64,000 nt of DNA, taken from positions 32,001 to 96,000 of the forward strand of contig CAVPNL010000012.1 of assembly GCA_963706575.1 (NCBI GenBank). The letters are read 5' to 3'. The notes beneath the pieces were generated by a model. The model was not told the origin of the DNA. It did no database searches and saw only the letters and a program-made list of their open reading frames with translations. Below are positions 9,780 to 19,155 of this stretch, in pieces (the first letter of the stretch is position 1; each line of letters starts with the position of its first letter). Position numbers and translations under genes: made by a program. The DNA is from an uncultured delta proteobacterium. Its GTDB lineage: Bacteria; Desulfobacterota; Desulfobacteria; Desulfobacterales; JAHEIW01.

Positions 9780-11129
9780 ATGTTTAGCCAGATTATTAAA
9801 ATGCTTCAGACGTGTGATACCGATCACGGGGTTTTGCCGCCTGCGGAAATATTTAATGAAGGCTGGATGCTTAGACTCATCCTTGATTGGTTTTCCAGAC
9901 AACCGGTATCCGGTCATCAATTGTCATTTGAAAAAAACGCGCGCTGGTATTCAGAGTTGTTATTACCATCCCAGTTCCTGCCAAGATATCAAAGGGATCC
10001 TCAAGCGGAGTCTTATGCGCATGCGGATGGTGTCATCGGGCATTTTTTAATTGGCCGCTCAGGAAAGGGCGATATTGATTTAGATTCCGACGCAAAACAA
10101 TTTGTGGTCGTTGAAGCCAAGATTTTCAGCAGGTTGTCAAAAGGGATAAAAAATTTTGAAAACTATGATCAGGCCGCGCGAACCACCGCATGTATCGCTG
10201 AGACACTATCTCTTGCACAACGACAAATTAGTGATATTTCAAGGTTTGGTTTTTATGTTCTCGCTCCTGAAAATCAATTAAAATTCGAGCCGACGTTCCA
10301 AACCTTTTTAGAAAAAGATAGTATCAGAATAAAAGTGCAGAAAAGGATCAAAGCCTATTCAGATCCAAAAGATGCTGAAACGAAGAATAGATGGTTTCAA
10401 ACATGGTTTCTGCCAACCCTCGAAGACATTGATATAAAATGCCTCACCTGGGAAAAAATCATATCGTACATAAACGCTAATGATCGCCACAATGGAGAGG
10501 CATTATCAGAATTTTACGAAAAATGTTTGGCTTTGAATCAACCCAAATCTAAATTAAGCCCGACAGAAAAATTATCACCCCAGGTAACAACAGGCAAAAT
10601 ATCCGAGTATAGGGTAATTACTAAATTACGATCTTTAGGCTTAGTCGCTAATAAACCGATACCTGATCGTGGAATCGATATCGAGGCAAAGTCTTTGGAG
10701 CATCCCGCTAAAATCATCAGAATCCAGGTCAAAAGCAGAAACCCAAAATACGATCCAAATTGGAGATGGTTTCAGATCAGAGTCCAGCCAAAGGAATTGG
10801 CGGCGGCGAAAAATAACGAGATTGATGCCGGCCAAACATGGATCGACAAGGTGAACAAAGTCGACTTTTTTGTCTTAGACGCCGTTAAACATGATGAAAT
10901 GTGGGTGCTGCCCAAAGAAAAAATATTCGAATTGGTCAAATTAAACGAGCAGCGGTACGGCAGCAGACCTGATAACGTTTTCAATTATGAAACGCCTTTA
11001 AAACAGAAACAAAAAGAAATGAATTTAGATATCGCGGTTGAGGGAGAAAAATTAACGCAGAAATTTGCTGAATATCTTGATAATTTTCAGTTGATTTTGG
11101 ATGCCCTAGCTAAAAAAGAGGTCGATTAG
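9780..11129 (+). CDS. Protein with two putative PD-(D/E)XK nuclease domains
   Basis: N-domain HADGVIG...VVVEAK...YDQAAR. C-domain SEYRV...PDRGIDI...IRIQVKS. GGAG RBS before the ATG at 9780. Confidence 0.6.
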   Translation: MFSQIIKMLQTCDTDHGVLPPAEIFNEGWMLRLILDWFSRQPVSGHQLSFEKNARWYSELLLPSQFLPRYQRDPQAESYAHADGVIGHFLIGRSGKGDIDLDSDAKQFVVVEAKIFSRLSKGIKNFENYDQAARTTACIAETLSLAQRQISDISRFGFYVLAPENQLKFEPTFQTFLEKDSIRIKVQKRIKAYSDPKDAETKNRWFQTWFLPTLEDIDIKCLTWEKIISYINANDRHNGEALSEFYEKCLALNQPKSKLSPTEKLSPQVTTGKISEYRVITKLRSLGLVANKPIPDRGIDIEAKSLEHPAKIIRIQVKSRNPKYDPNWRWFQIRVQPKELAAAKNNEIDAGQTWIDKVNKVDFFVLDAVKHDEMWVLPKEKIFELVKLNEQRYGSRPDNVFNYETPLKQKQKEMNLDIAVEGEKLTQKFAEYLDNFQLILDALAKKEVD

Positions 11130-11187
11130 TTAAATTGTTTATTGGTTGAATGGTAACCGATACGGGATCCAGATGATTAAAACCGAC

Positions 11188-11784
11188 CTATGATCCATCA
11201 AAAGCGGCCTGTGCGTCGACCTTCTCGGCATATTCCACCAAAAAATAATTGCTGCGTGACGGCTGCGGCAATCGATCCAGGATGTCTTCGTCTGCCTTGC
11301 GGACAATCGCTGCGGTCAGTTCGAGTTTGACGCCCTCCAAATACACTGCGACACGGTCTATACCCTTCCCTGTACTATTATTAGACTCGGAGACTGCCTC
11401 ATTTAGTGCTTCCAGCACAGAAGAATCTGCCGCAATGATATTCATTGATTGCACCGCCTTTTGTGCCCTTGGGGCACCGGGTGATTTACACATGTAAAAA
11501 TCCGGATGCTCCCGGTAAATCGGTCGTAAGTCCGCCATACTGATAGCATGTAGCGAAAATTCGTTAAATTCTTCTTTATGGGTCGCACGCTCAGCGCCGA
11601 ATAGCATATAAGTTTCTGAGAATGGCTCAAGCAACTCGAAATACGCGTCTAATTCGCCGGCTTCTACATACAATTCATTATCTTCCGTAAATGCAACGGC
11701 TTCCTTGACGGAACGCTGCCAGTAACCTCTCATAATAGCCACTGCCGCCAATATCAAAACGATACATATAAATGATTTTCTCAT
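11188..11784 (-). CDS. Hypothetical membrane-anchored/exported protein
   Basis: 198-aa ORF with AGGAG RBS and a hydrophobic N-terminus. Confidence 0.65.
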   Translation of the reverse strand: MRKSFICIVLILAAVAIMRGYWQRSVKEAVAFTEDNELYVEAGELDAYFELLEPFSETYMLFGAERATHKEEFNEFSLHAISMADLRPIYREHPDFYMCKSPGAPRAQKAVQSMNIIAADSSVLEALNEAVSESNNSTGKGIDRVAVYLEGVKLELTAAIVRKADEDILDRLPQPSRSNYFLVEYAEKVDAQAAFDGS

Positions 11785-11877
11785 GATAGCTCCTATTGAA
11801 AAATATTGCTGCTCTTAGGTTTTTATCGGTAGATTTGATTTTGAACTTTAGTAGGTATCGAGCCTGGGAAAGGGTCT

Positions 11878-11945
11878 CACGCAAAGCCGCAAAGACGCAA
11901 AGTCTAAATAGCTATTAACCACAAAGACACGAAGGGCACAAAGTA
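11878..11945. repeat. REP-like repeats: CACGCAAAGCCGCAAAG unit plus 33-bp unit identical to 43634-43666
   Basis: TATTAACCACAAAGACACGAAGGGCACAAAGTA at 11913-11945 recurs exactly at 43634-43666. Confidence 0.85.
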
Positions 11946-11994
11946 TGTTAAACAAAATATCGAATGTAGAAAAGCGATTCATAGAAGGCGAAAG

Positions 11995-12726
11995 TTAGCG
12001 CTGGTTGGGATTCTGCGGCAAAAATCCGTTTTCAAGACAAAATAATGAATAACCGGGAAAATTCAATTTCTTCAGATATTCGCTCGTCTCCCTAATATCA
12101 TACTCGAGCCTCCCCAATTCAAGCCGGCGCGTAGCCGTATCAAACGTGGCGAAACTTGCACGGGGGTCTCCATCCCTGGATTGGCCGACGCTTCCCGGAT
12201 TAACCAGAATCTTATCTGCGAAATTTTTGACATAAGGCATATGCGTATGGCCGGTGACAATCACATCTGCCCGGATATCCTGATAGTATTCAGCCAATTC
12301 TGATCGGGAGGTGTTTTTATCCAGGTAATGGTGAACAGACAAATGGGGCACGGTATGATTCATATAAAATGAAATCCGATCTAAAAAAAATCGACATTCC
12401 CGCGGAAGCTGCCTCAAATATTTTTTGGCGTCATCATCGATCAGCTCTATTGTTAAATCCGTATTGCGGTCAAGGTCCTTTGCAAGGTGGGCATATTTCT
12501 GACTGATGTAATTAGAGGCTTTTTGATCATAGGCGACATTATAGTCATTATTTCCCATACAAATGTGGGCACAACTATCTTTCAGTGCACGGATGCATTG
12601 CTGCGGAAAGGGGTAATCCACCACGATGTCGCCGCAGCAGAGCATGGCATCATATTTTACTTCTTTCATCACACTGTCAAGCGCATGATAATTTCCATGA
12701 ACATCGGATATGACTAACAATATCAC
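11995..12726 (-). CDS. Calcineurin-like metallophosphoesterase (YfcE-like)
   Basis: ISDVHGN, CGDIV, GNND, GHTH, NPGSVGQSRDGDPRA. Probable GTG start at 12726 after GGAG. Confidence 0.9.
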   Translation of the reverse strand: MILLVISDVHGNYHALDSVMKEVKYDAMLCCGDIVVDYPFPQQCIRALKDSCAHICMGNNDYNVAYDQKASNYISQKYAHLAKDLDRNTDLTIELIDDDAKKYLRQLPRECRFFLDRISFYMNHTVPHLSVHHYLDKNTSRSELAEYYQDIRADVIVTGHTHMPYVKNFADKILVNPGSVGQSRDGDPRASFATFDTATRRLELGRLEYDIRETSEYLKKLNFPGYSLFCLENGFLPQNPNQR

Positions 12727-12755
12727 TTTACGAACTCCGCGTTTAGTTGAACAGT

Positions 12756-12792
12756 AAAAACCCCGTTCTTCCAATGGAGAACCGGGGTTTTT
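12756..12792 (-). terminator. Intrinsic terminator after the small Cys-rich gene pair
   Basis: AAAAACCCCGTTCTTCCAATGGAGAACCGGGGTTTTT hairpin with flanking A and T runs. Confidence 0.75.
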
Positions 12793-12830
12793 GTTTGCTT
12801 AACCAGATCCTGATAAAACCTTAAGGCTTC

Positions 12831-13091
12831 TTAAGCGGCTTTTTTGCCAAATTTGATTTTGTAAGCGGATTCTATACGGTCAGTGGGAATACGACCATTA
12901 TTAAAACAAGTCCGGCACAAAGTATAGTAAAGGACAGGTGCTCTATCTTCCCGGTTTTTGGAACCCTTCGGCTCCTCCGGCGTATAACTGCCCAATACGT
13001 GAAGGTATGGATCCCCACACACGATGCAGGGTTCATCTCTAAGATCGTTAAAAAGCTTATCTTCTGCTTCAACCCGCATTTTATCTGTCAT
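12831..13091 (-). CDS. Small putative zinc-finger protein (CxxC...CxxC)
   Basis: PCIVCG...LCRTCF, with a GAGGGAG RBS. Confidence 0.7.
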   Translation of the reverse strand: MTDKMRVEAEDKLFNDLRDEPCIVCGDPYLHVLGSYTPEEPKGSKNREDRAPVLYYTLCRTCFNNGRIPTDRIESAYKIKFGKKAA

Positions 13092-13101
13092 AACGACTCC
13101 C

Positions 13102-13236
13102 TCAGTTTTTTAAGGGTAATTCCGGTTGCCGAAAACTCAGGTATGAAGAACAGGATTTACGATGCTGACATTGCTTGCAGATGGCGATGTGCTTTTTGTT
13201 ATTCGCTTTAGTTTTGGGACAGGAAACGTAGCTCAT
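13102..13236 (-). CDS. 44-aa Cys-rich small protein, absent from the ORF track
   Basis: MSYVSCPKTKANNKKHIAICKQCQHRKSCSSYLSFRQPELPLKN*. Its stop codon overlaps the RBS of the next gene and it lies just downstream of a near-consensus promoter. Confidence 0.6.
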   Translation of the reverse strand: MSYVSCPKTKANNKKHIAICKQCQHRKSCSSYLSFRQPELPLKN

Positions 13237-13319
13237 GGCGTTTTTTTACCCGCAATCATTAGTTTGTTTTAAATCCAATAAATCGAGAGAACCCCTTATT
13301 GCAGCTCCTTATTTAATTA

Positions 13320-13348
13320 TTTATACCCAATATATAGGTATTTGTCAA
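13320..13348 (-). promoter_or_regulatory. Sigma70 promoter for the small Cys-rich genes
   Basis: Minus strand TTGACA-N17-TATAAA. Confidence 0.75.
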
Positions 13349-13371
13349 CGAGTTATTACTATATGTTGTGT
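13325..13371. promoter_or_regulatory. Tandem NrdR-like boxes
   Basis: ACCCAATATATAGGTA (13325-13340) and TTACTATATGTTGTGT (13356-13371) versus consensus acaCwAtATaTwGtgt. The starts are 31 bp apart. Confidence 0.65.
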
Positions 13372-13558
13372 GTGTTTCATAGGTCAGGGTACATTCGGCA
13401 GATTAGTTAAATTGTTAAAAATTAAAAGGTTCAAGGTTATACCAAAGATTGGTATGCAGAAACTTTACTTCCTGAAATGAGAGGTGGGGGGGCCTGATTT
13501 ATAGGAATGTATATATTATAATTATAATATGATCATCCATAACTCATCTCACGGTTTC

Positions 13559-13587
13559 TTGACGAAAATCGGTCCTTTTTATATGAT
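13559..13587 (+). promoter_or_regulatory. Sigma70 promoter of the FHA gene
   Basis: TTGACG-N17-TATGAT. Confidence 0.65.
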
Positions 13588-13632
13588 AGTAAGATTGCAT
13601 CGGCCATCATATTTTTTTGCGAGTGAAAACAG

Positions 13633-14421
13633 ATGCCAACTTTATTACTGCAACTTAAAAATAAAATCCTTGGAGAATATCCCCTTCAAGAGGGTGCTTC
13701 TTTAACCATCGGCCGGCGGGATACCAACGATGTGGTCATTGAAGATTCTGCTGTTTCCGGACATCACGCCAAGATAGATGCCCTGAAAGATCGGTTTGTG
13801 TTGATTGACCTGCAGAGCAAAAATGGTTCCTTCGTCAACGAGCAGTTGGTGAACTCGCACTGGTTAAAACATGAGGACGTTATCACCATCGGCGAGCATT
13901 CTCTCATCTTTTATTATCATGAAAAAGAACGGACCGGCAAAGACGATTCTGATGACTTTGATGAAACTCAAGCGATGAATACGACCCAGCACCGCCGGAT
14001 GATGATCAAAAGCAACCCCACCAAAAGCATTAATGTGGTAAGATTCTGGGACAGGAGCCAGAATCGCGGCAAGGTCAAGGACGTGGAACCGCCGGCTTCC
14101 GAGCCTCGCATTAAGAGTCCAGAAGAAAAACCGGCGGGCGTCCTGGACTATTTAGCCGGCGGGATGGGCCAGATTAAACTCACTCGCAAAATTACGACCA
14201 TCGGAAAAGACCCCACATCCGACATCGAGGTCAAAGGTCTGCTGATAGGTTCAACCGCCGCCACAATCAGCAAAACGGCTGAGGGGTTCTGCTTTAATTA
14301 TATCAGCGGGCTGCCCCGACCCAAAGTCAATGACCAACCGGTTAGAAAATCGACTATCCTCAAAGATCGGGATATCATTGAAATCGGTTCGGCCCGGTTG
14401 CAGTTTTCAACTGAAGGGTAG
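13633..14421 (+). CDS. Tandem FHA-domain protein
   Basis: TIGRRDTNDVVI...VSGHHA...DLQSKNGSFVN is a canonical FHA. A second, degenerate FHA follows (TIGKDPTSDI...VNDQP...LKDRDIIEIG). Confidence 0.9.
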   Translation: MPTLLLQLKNKILGEYPLQEGASLTIGRRDTNDVVIEDSAVSGHHAKIDALKDRFVLIDLQSKNGSFVNEQLVNSHWLKHEDVITIGEHSLIFYYHEKERTGKDDSDDFDETQAMNTTQHRRMMIKSNPTKSINVVRFWDRSQNRGKVKDVEPPASEPRIKSPEEKPAGVLDYLAGGMGQIKLTRKITTIGKDPTSDIEVKGLLIGSTAATISKTAEGFCFNYISGLPRPKVNDQPVRKSTILKDRDIIEIGSARLQFSTEG

Positions 14422-14685
14422 TCAAAAACGTTCAAAGGTTCCCCTCTTTCATCCGCAGATTAAGCAGATTACACAGATTATAAAAATAAGTTCTGTAAAA
14501 TTAACCGCAGACACAGACAAATTAAAAATAATTAACCACCGCGGTTGAATCCCACCCTCTATCGAAATTTCCCATTTATAAAATGATTGCATTCCGCTTA
14601 AAAAAAATATAACCCATAAGCAAATAGTTTTTTGAGGCCAACCGTTTTTCATCGATTTATTAGCGCTTGACAAGGAGATAACCGT

Positions 14686-15999
14686 ATGGATCTACACCGC
14701 ATAAGGTACAGAGGAGATAAGGAGGATGTTGAGCTGTTGTTCAAGGAATACAATCTTGAAGGTATTATTTCCGCATCGGAAGATCGGCAGAAGTTGGAAG
14801 AGTCCGATTTTCGTAATAAATTGCTAAAAGACGGCGCCTTTTTACTGAGCAAACCGATTTCGCCCCGTATCTTCAACATCGTTGCGGAAACAAAACAAAA
14901 GCTGGGCCTCGAAGGTGAATATGAGGTTTTTTGTTTGAATTCGAGCAGCATAAACGCCTTTGCCTATGTCCAACCGGCTGAAGAGAAAAATTTTTTTATC
15001 ATCGGCATTACTTCCGCAGCCCTGGAGGAATTGGAAGATCGGGAGATACAGTTTATCCTCGGACACGAACTAGGCCATTTTTTGTTCGAGCACAACCGCA
15101 TGAACTATTTAATCAACCCCAACCCCAACAGCCAGGGCGTTACCCTGCTGCCCAGTATGGGAGAAAGTATTTTTTTAAGATGGCGCAAAAAATGTGAGAT
15201 CAGCACGGATCGCGTCGGGCTTTTGGCCTGCGGTGACTTTGAAAATGCCGCACGGGCCATGTTGAAAACAGCCTACGGCCTTACCGGGAAAAATTTAAAT
15301 TTAGACGTGGATTCACTGCTGCAACAAATCGATGATCTAAAAGAGGAGCCCGAGGCGCTGGAGGTAAACTATCGCTCCCACCCGCTGATGCCGCTGCGGC
15401 TTAAAGTCATGCAAATGTTCGCCGAGTCTTCGATATTTTCTCAGGTGGTAAACGGGAAATCCGATATTTCCGAAAAGGAATTAAACGCCCTCGAAGATCA
15501 AACGGATCAGTGGGTTAACTGGATTAAAAGATACCCGCGCCGCCCATTAGAAGTGGCTGCCATGAAATTAGTGACCGCCGCCGGCATCAAACTCATCATG
15601 ACCGAAACCGTTATCATGGACGAGGAGATTAAAGTCATTATTCAGATATTGCATAAATATTTTACCGACGAACCCGGAGAGGTCATCCACGAGGTCACGC
15701 AAGACACTAAAAATCTTGATAAATTAATCGATACGACTGTAAAAGAAATCTCCGAAAAGGGCGACGATCGACATAAAACCTTTGTTCTTTCACGTCTGGC
15801 CGATATTGCCATCGCCGACGGGAAATTGGCCAAACCGGAAGCGGGAATCATTTTTGATATTGCCAAGACCTTTGGCATCCAGGAAAAAGCGGCTTACGCC
15901 ATCGTGGTCGGGGGCATGAGTTCGGTGGGTTTGAATATCGATTGGAAAATGAATAATCTTGTGCGTGAAATAAAAGCGCAGTTACAGAAAAAATATTAA
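14686..15999 (+). CDS. M48 (HtpX/Ste24-like) metallopeptidase with C-terminal TerB-like domain
   Basis: INAFA, GHELGH (HExxH), EISTDR and SHP. The C-terminal LADIAIADGKLAKPEA is TerB-like. Confidence 0.8.
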   Translation: MDLHRIRYRGDKEDVELLFKEYNLEGIISASEDRQKLEESDFRNKLLKDGAFLLSKPISPRIFNIVAETKQKLGLEGEYEVFCLNSSSINAFAYVQPAEEKNFFIIGITSAALEELEDREIQFILGHELGHFLFEHNRMNYLINPNPNSQGVTLLPSMGESIFLRWRKKCEISTDRVGLLACGDFENAARAMLKTAYGLTGKNLNLDVDSLLQQIDDLKEEPEALEVNYRSHPLMPLRLKVMQMFAESSIFSQVVNGKSDISEKELNALEDQTDQWVNWIKRYPRRPLEVAAMKLVTAAGIKLIMTETVIMDEEIKVIIQILHKYFTDEPGEVIHEVTQDTKNLDKLIDTTVKEISEKGDDRHKTFVLSRLADIAIADGKLAKPEAGIIFDIAKTFGIQEKAAYAIVVGGMSSVGLNIDWKMNNLVREIKAQLQKKY

Positions 16000-16153
16000 G
16001 CCGGAACTCTCATCTGCGGATTCGTAATTAGCCACAGACCCGTCTTCGCTCTGGCGAGCTACGCCGCGGCAGGCCCCACACGGACAGACACAGACAAACT
16101 AACAAATAATATTTATCCGTAGATTACACAGATTATAAAAACAGGTGCTGATT

Positions 16154-16531
16154 TTAGCTGTATTTTTGGATTGCCAGGGCGGGTGCAAATTTGTTTTTCC
16201 GGACGTGAAAGACTTTTATCAGCCGGGTAACAAATTGAATGTTTTCGTGGTGCTCCCCCTGCAGGCGGATTCCATTGCCAACCATCCCTGATCTGTTGAT
16301 CCCTGAATAAATGACCTCTCCTTTGACTTCTATCAAATTGTTATCCAGGTCAACGGACATTAATGATATATATTCCGAAAAAACGAGCCGGGGCGTTTCA
16401 AGAAAGATCCCATTTTGGCTTATATTTAAAGCACGCCCCATGCCCAGGTCTATGATCTCACCATTTGCCTTTATCGCCATATAAGAAATAAGGTTACATG
16501 TTTTAACTCTCGGATAAATCCTGCGTTCCAT
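16154..16531 (-). CDS. PilZ-domain protein
   Basis: ERRIYPR (RxxxR) and NISQNG (D/NxSxxG). Confidence 0.85.
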   Translation of the reverse strand: MERRIYPRVKTCNLISYMAIKANGEIIDLGMGRALNISQNGIFLETPRLVFSEYISLMSVDLDNNLIEVKGEVIYSGINRSGMVGNGIRLQGEHHENIQFVTRLIKVFHVRKNKFAPALAIQKYS

Positions 16532-16578
16532 CTCTGCCTTTCAAAAGTATATGGTATAGGGTTTAGGGTGAAAGGCAT

Positions 16579-16594
16579 AGCATATTCTATGCCA
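16579..16594 (-). promoter_or_regulatory. Sigma54 (-24/-12) promoter of the PilZ gene
   Basis: Minus strand TGGCATAGAATATGCT (GG-N10-GC), about 50 bp upstream of the ATG. Confidence 0.6.
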
Positions 16595-16891
16595 TTAAGT
16601 TCGATGATCGAGGGAAATTTAGATTTGATAAATTATCACAAAATATCAGAGGGATATGAAAACACGGCCTGTTATTAGAGCCATTTTTTTAAAAAAAATC
16701 TAACTTTAGGGTCGCAATTGTGAAATTTATGAAATAGTTTATATGGAAAAAAGTTAGCAGATCGTCGCAATGGCGGCGAAGCCGGTGATGGCCAATTTCT
16801 TTTGAGATTGACTTTTGATATGCTGCCCTCAGGGTAAAATTGGAATCCGGTTGTTTAACCCTCGGGTTCTCAAAACAAAGGAAAACCTCGA

Positions 16892-17353
16892 ATGATTGAT
16901 GTTGTCAAACGATTTTTCAACAAAGCAGCCCCCAAAGTTAATGAAGTGGCAAGCCAGAATACGGAACACGATATCCGCGTGGCAACTTGTGCCCTGTTTG
17001 TGGAGATGGCACGGATAGACGAGACGTTTACTGAAACGGAGATGAATGCCATTCTTTCGATTTTAAAAGAAAGATACGGCTTATCCCCGGAACATGCCGA
17101 GGCGCTGATCGCAGAAGCTGAAAAGGAGCTCGAAAAGAGCGTGGATCTATGGCAATTTTCAAGACGCATCAATGAGAATTATTCAAATGAAGAAAAAATT
17201 AAAATCATCGAGACCCTGTGGCGTATTGTTTATGTTGACGGCAAAATGGATCAGTACGAACACTACCTGATGAACAAACTACAAAGTTTGTTACGCCTTA
17301 CTCACGAACAACTGATTACTGCTAAGTTAAAAGTGCTTCATTCGGAAAAATAG
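16892..17353 (+). CDS. TerB family protein
   Basis: ATCALFVEMARID...E and LWRIVYVDGKMDQYEHYLM. Confidence 0.85.
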   Translation: MIDVVKRFFNKAAPKVNEVASQNTEHDIRVATCALFVEMARIDETFTETEMNAILSILKERYGLSPEHAEALIAEAEKELEKSVDLWQFSRRINENYSNEEKIKIIETLWRIVYVDGKMDQYEHYLMNKLQSLLRLTHEQLITAKLKVLHSEK

Positions 17354-17502
17354 GAGACAATTGAGCTATAGGAGGTATCCCCAAAAACATAACTTTCCTA
17401 ACTGTTGGACAACAGGGTCAAGTTCTCAATCTCTGCCGATGCCGGATAATGGAAAGGATCTATTGAATCGGTGGATAACCGGACCGCACGCTTGAAGGGA
17501 TC

Positions 17503-18603
17503 ATGTTCGGAATCATTCTTATTTCTGTTTGCACGCTGATGCACATTTACGTCTTTTGGAGGGCTGCTTCTGTGCCGTTTGTGAATCGGTATGTCCCGCT
17601 CCATCTTCTTATCGTGACGGGTGTCTGCCTCTGGGCAATTTTTTTTATCGGTCGTCTAGTCCATCATGGCGGCACCGGAGCCCTTACCGCAACAACCGAA
17701 TTGTTCGGTATGCTCTGGATGGGCGCGCTGTTTCTGCTCTTTATCTCTCTTTTATCGATGGATGTCATTACCGTGTTTGGCTTTTTTCTGCCCAGGCTCG
17801 CGCCTTCACTTCGAGGCTGGGCCTTGTTCGCCGGTGGAGTGCTTGCGGCAATTGCACTCGCTCAAGGATTGCGGCCTCCAGTGGTGCAAAACTACACGGT
17901 GCACATAGCGGGCCTTTCCGGTGAGATGGACGGCAAGGTACTCGTCGCCATGTCCGACCTGCACCTCGGTTCGCTAATAGGGAAACGGTGGCTGGCGGCG
18001 CGGGTCGCCCAGGTCAAAGAAGAGCGTCCCGACCTGGTGGTCTTACTCGGTGATCTTTTTGAAGGACATGGCCAACCCCAGGAGGAGTTGCTTCCTATTC
18101 TGCGACGCCTCTCCGCACCCCTGGGTGTCTGGGCTGTAACCGGCAACCACGAGTTTCACGGTGCTGACAATAAGGGCATACGCCTGATTGATGCAGCCGG
18201 TTTTAAGCTGCTGCGTAATCGTTGGACCGAAGTTCGACCAGGCTTTGTCCTGGCAGGTGTTGATGATCTGACCTCGAAATACCGTGCCGGCCAGGATGGC
18301 GATTTCATCTCACAGGCAGTCGCGGGTCGCCCTTCTGGAGTGACCGTGCTCCTCTCACACACGCCATGGCAGGTCGAGAGAGCGGCCAACGCCGGCGTAA
18401 ACCTGATGCTATCGGCCCATACCCATGGCGGCCAGATTTGGCCTTTTGGCTATCTCGTCCGCCGTGTTTATCCGCTACTGGGAGGGCGATACGAGGTGGA
18501 CGGTATGCCCGTCATCGTCTGCCGCGGCACAGGCACGTGGGGACCCCGAATGCGTCTTTGGCGTCCCGGCGAAATTCTCCGCGTAACGCTTCGGAAAAAA
18601 TAA
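17503..18603 (+). CDS. Membrane-anchored metallophosphoesterase (YkuE-like)
   Basis: N-terminal TM helices; SDLHLG, GDLFE, GNHE, LSHTP, AHTHGGQ, GTGTWGPRMR. Confidence 0.9.
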   Translation: MFGIILISVCTLMHIYVFWRAASVPFVNRYVPLHLLIVTGVCLWAIFFIGRLVHHGGTGALTATTELFGMLWMGALFLLFISLLSMDVITVFGFFLPRLAPSLRGWALFAGGVLAAIALAQGLRPPVVQNYTVHIAGLSGEMDGKVLVAMSDLHLGSLIGKRWLAARVAQVKEERPDLVVLLGDLFEGHGQPQEELLPILRRLSAPLGVWAVTGNHEFHGADNKGIRLIDAAGFKLLRNRWTEVRPGFVLAGVDDLTSKYRAGQDGDFISQAVAGRPSGVTVLLSHTPWQVERAANAGVNLMLSAHTHGGQIWPFGYLVRRVYPLLGGRYEVDGMPVIVCRGTGTWGPRMRLWRPGEILRVTLRKK

Positions 18604-18624
18604 TGTGGCAAAAAAGGAAACGCT

Positions 18625-19152
18625 ATGGCTTCGTTGCAGTCTGAAACATGGCCGCAAGATATTTACCAGGTACTGATTGAAAATCGTGTGCGCCAGGTTG
18701 CTTATATACCAGACATTGGGCACACATCTCTCATCAAAATGTGTCACAAGAACGATAAGATGAAGACAGTCGTCTTGACCACCGAGGAGGAAGGCGTGGC
18801 ACTGCTTGCTGGTGCATGGCTCGGTGGCGACCGAGGCGTTCTTCTGATGCAAAGCAGCGGTGTTGGAAACTGCATCAATATGCTGTCTCTAACGCGCGTC
18901 TGCAGAATGCCTTTACTGATTATAGTAACCATGCGAGGCGAATGGGGAGAATTCAATCCCTGGCAGGTGCCAATGGGCCAAAATACAAACCAGATGCTGA
19001 CAGCTGCTGGGGTATTGACTTTTGCGGCAAACCGCAAAGACCGTATTAAGGAAGCTTTAAGGGCTGCTGCCAAAATGGCGTTCGAGGGGCCGGCAGCAAC
19101 AGCCGTTTTAATATCGCAGCGCATTCTGGGCGCAAAGACTTTTGGCAGGTAA
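18625..19152 (+). CDS. comD: Sulfopyruvate/phosphonopyruvate decarboxylase alpha subunit (ThDP, PYR domain)
   Basis: YIPD, TTEEEGVALLAGAWLGG, LMQSSGVGN, RGEWGEFNPWQVPMG. Confidence 0.75.
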   Translation: MASLQSETWPQDIYQVLIENRVRQVAYIPDIGHTSLIKMCHKNDKMKTVVLTTEEEGVALLAGAWLGGDRGVLLMQSSGVGNCINMLSLTRVCRMPLLIIVTMRGEWGEFNPWQVPMGQNTNQMLTAAGVLTFAANRKDRIKEALRAAAKMAFEGPAATAVLISQRILGAKTFGR

Positions 19153-19155
19153 ATT

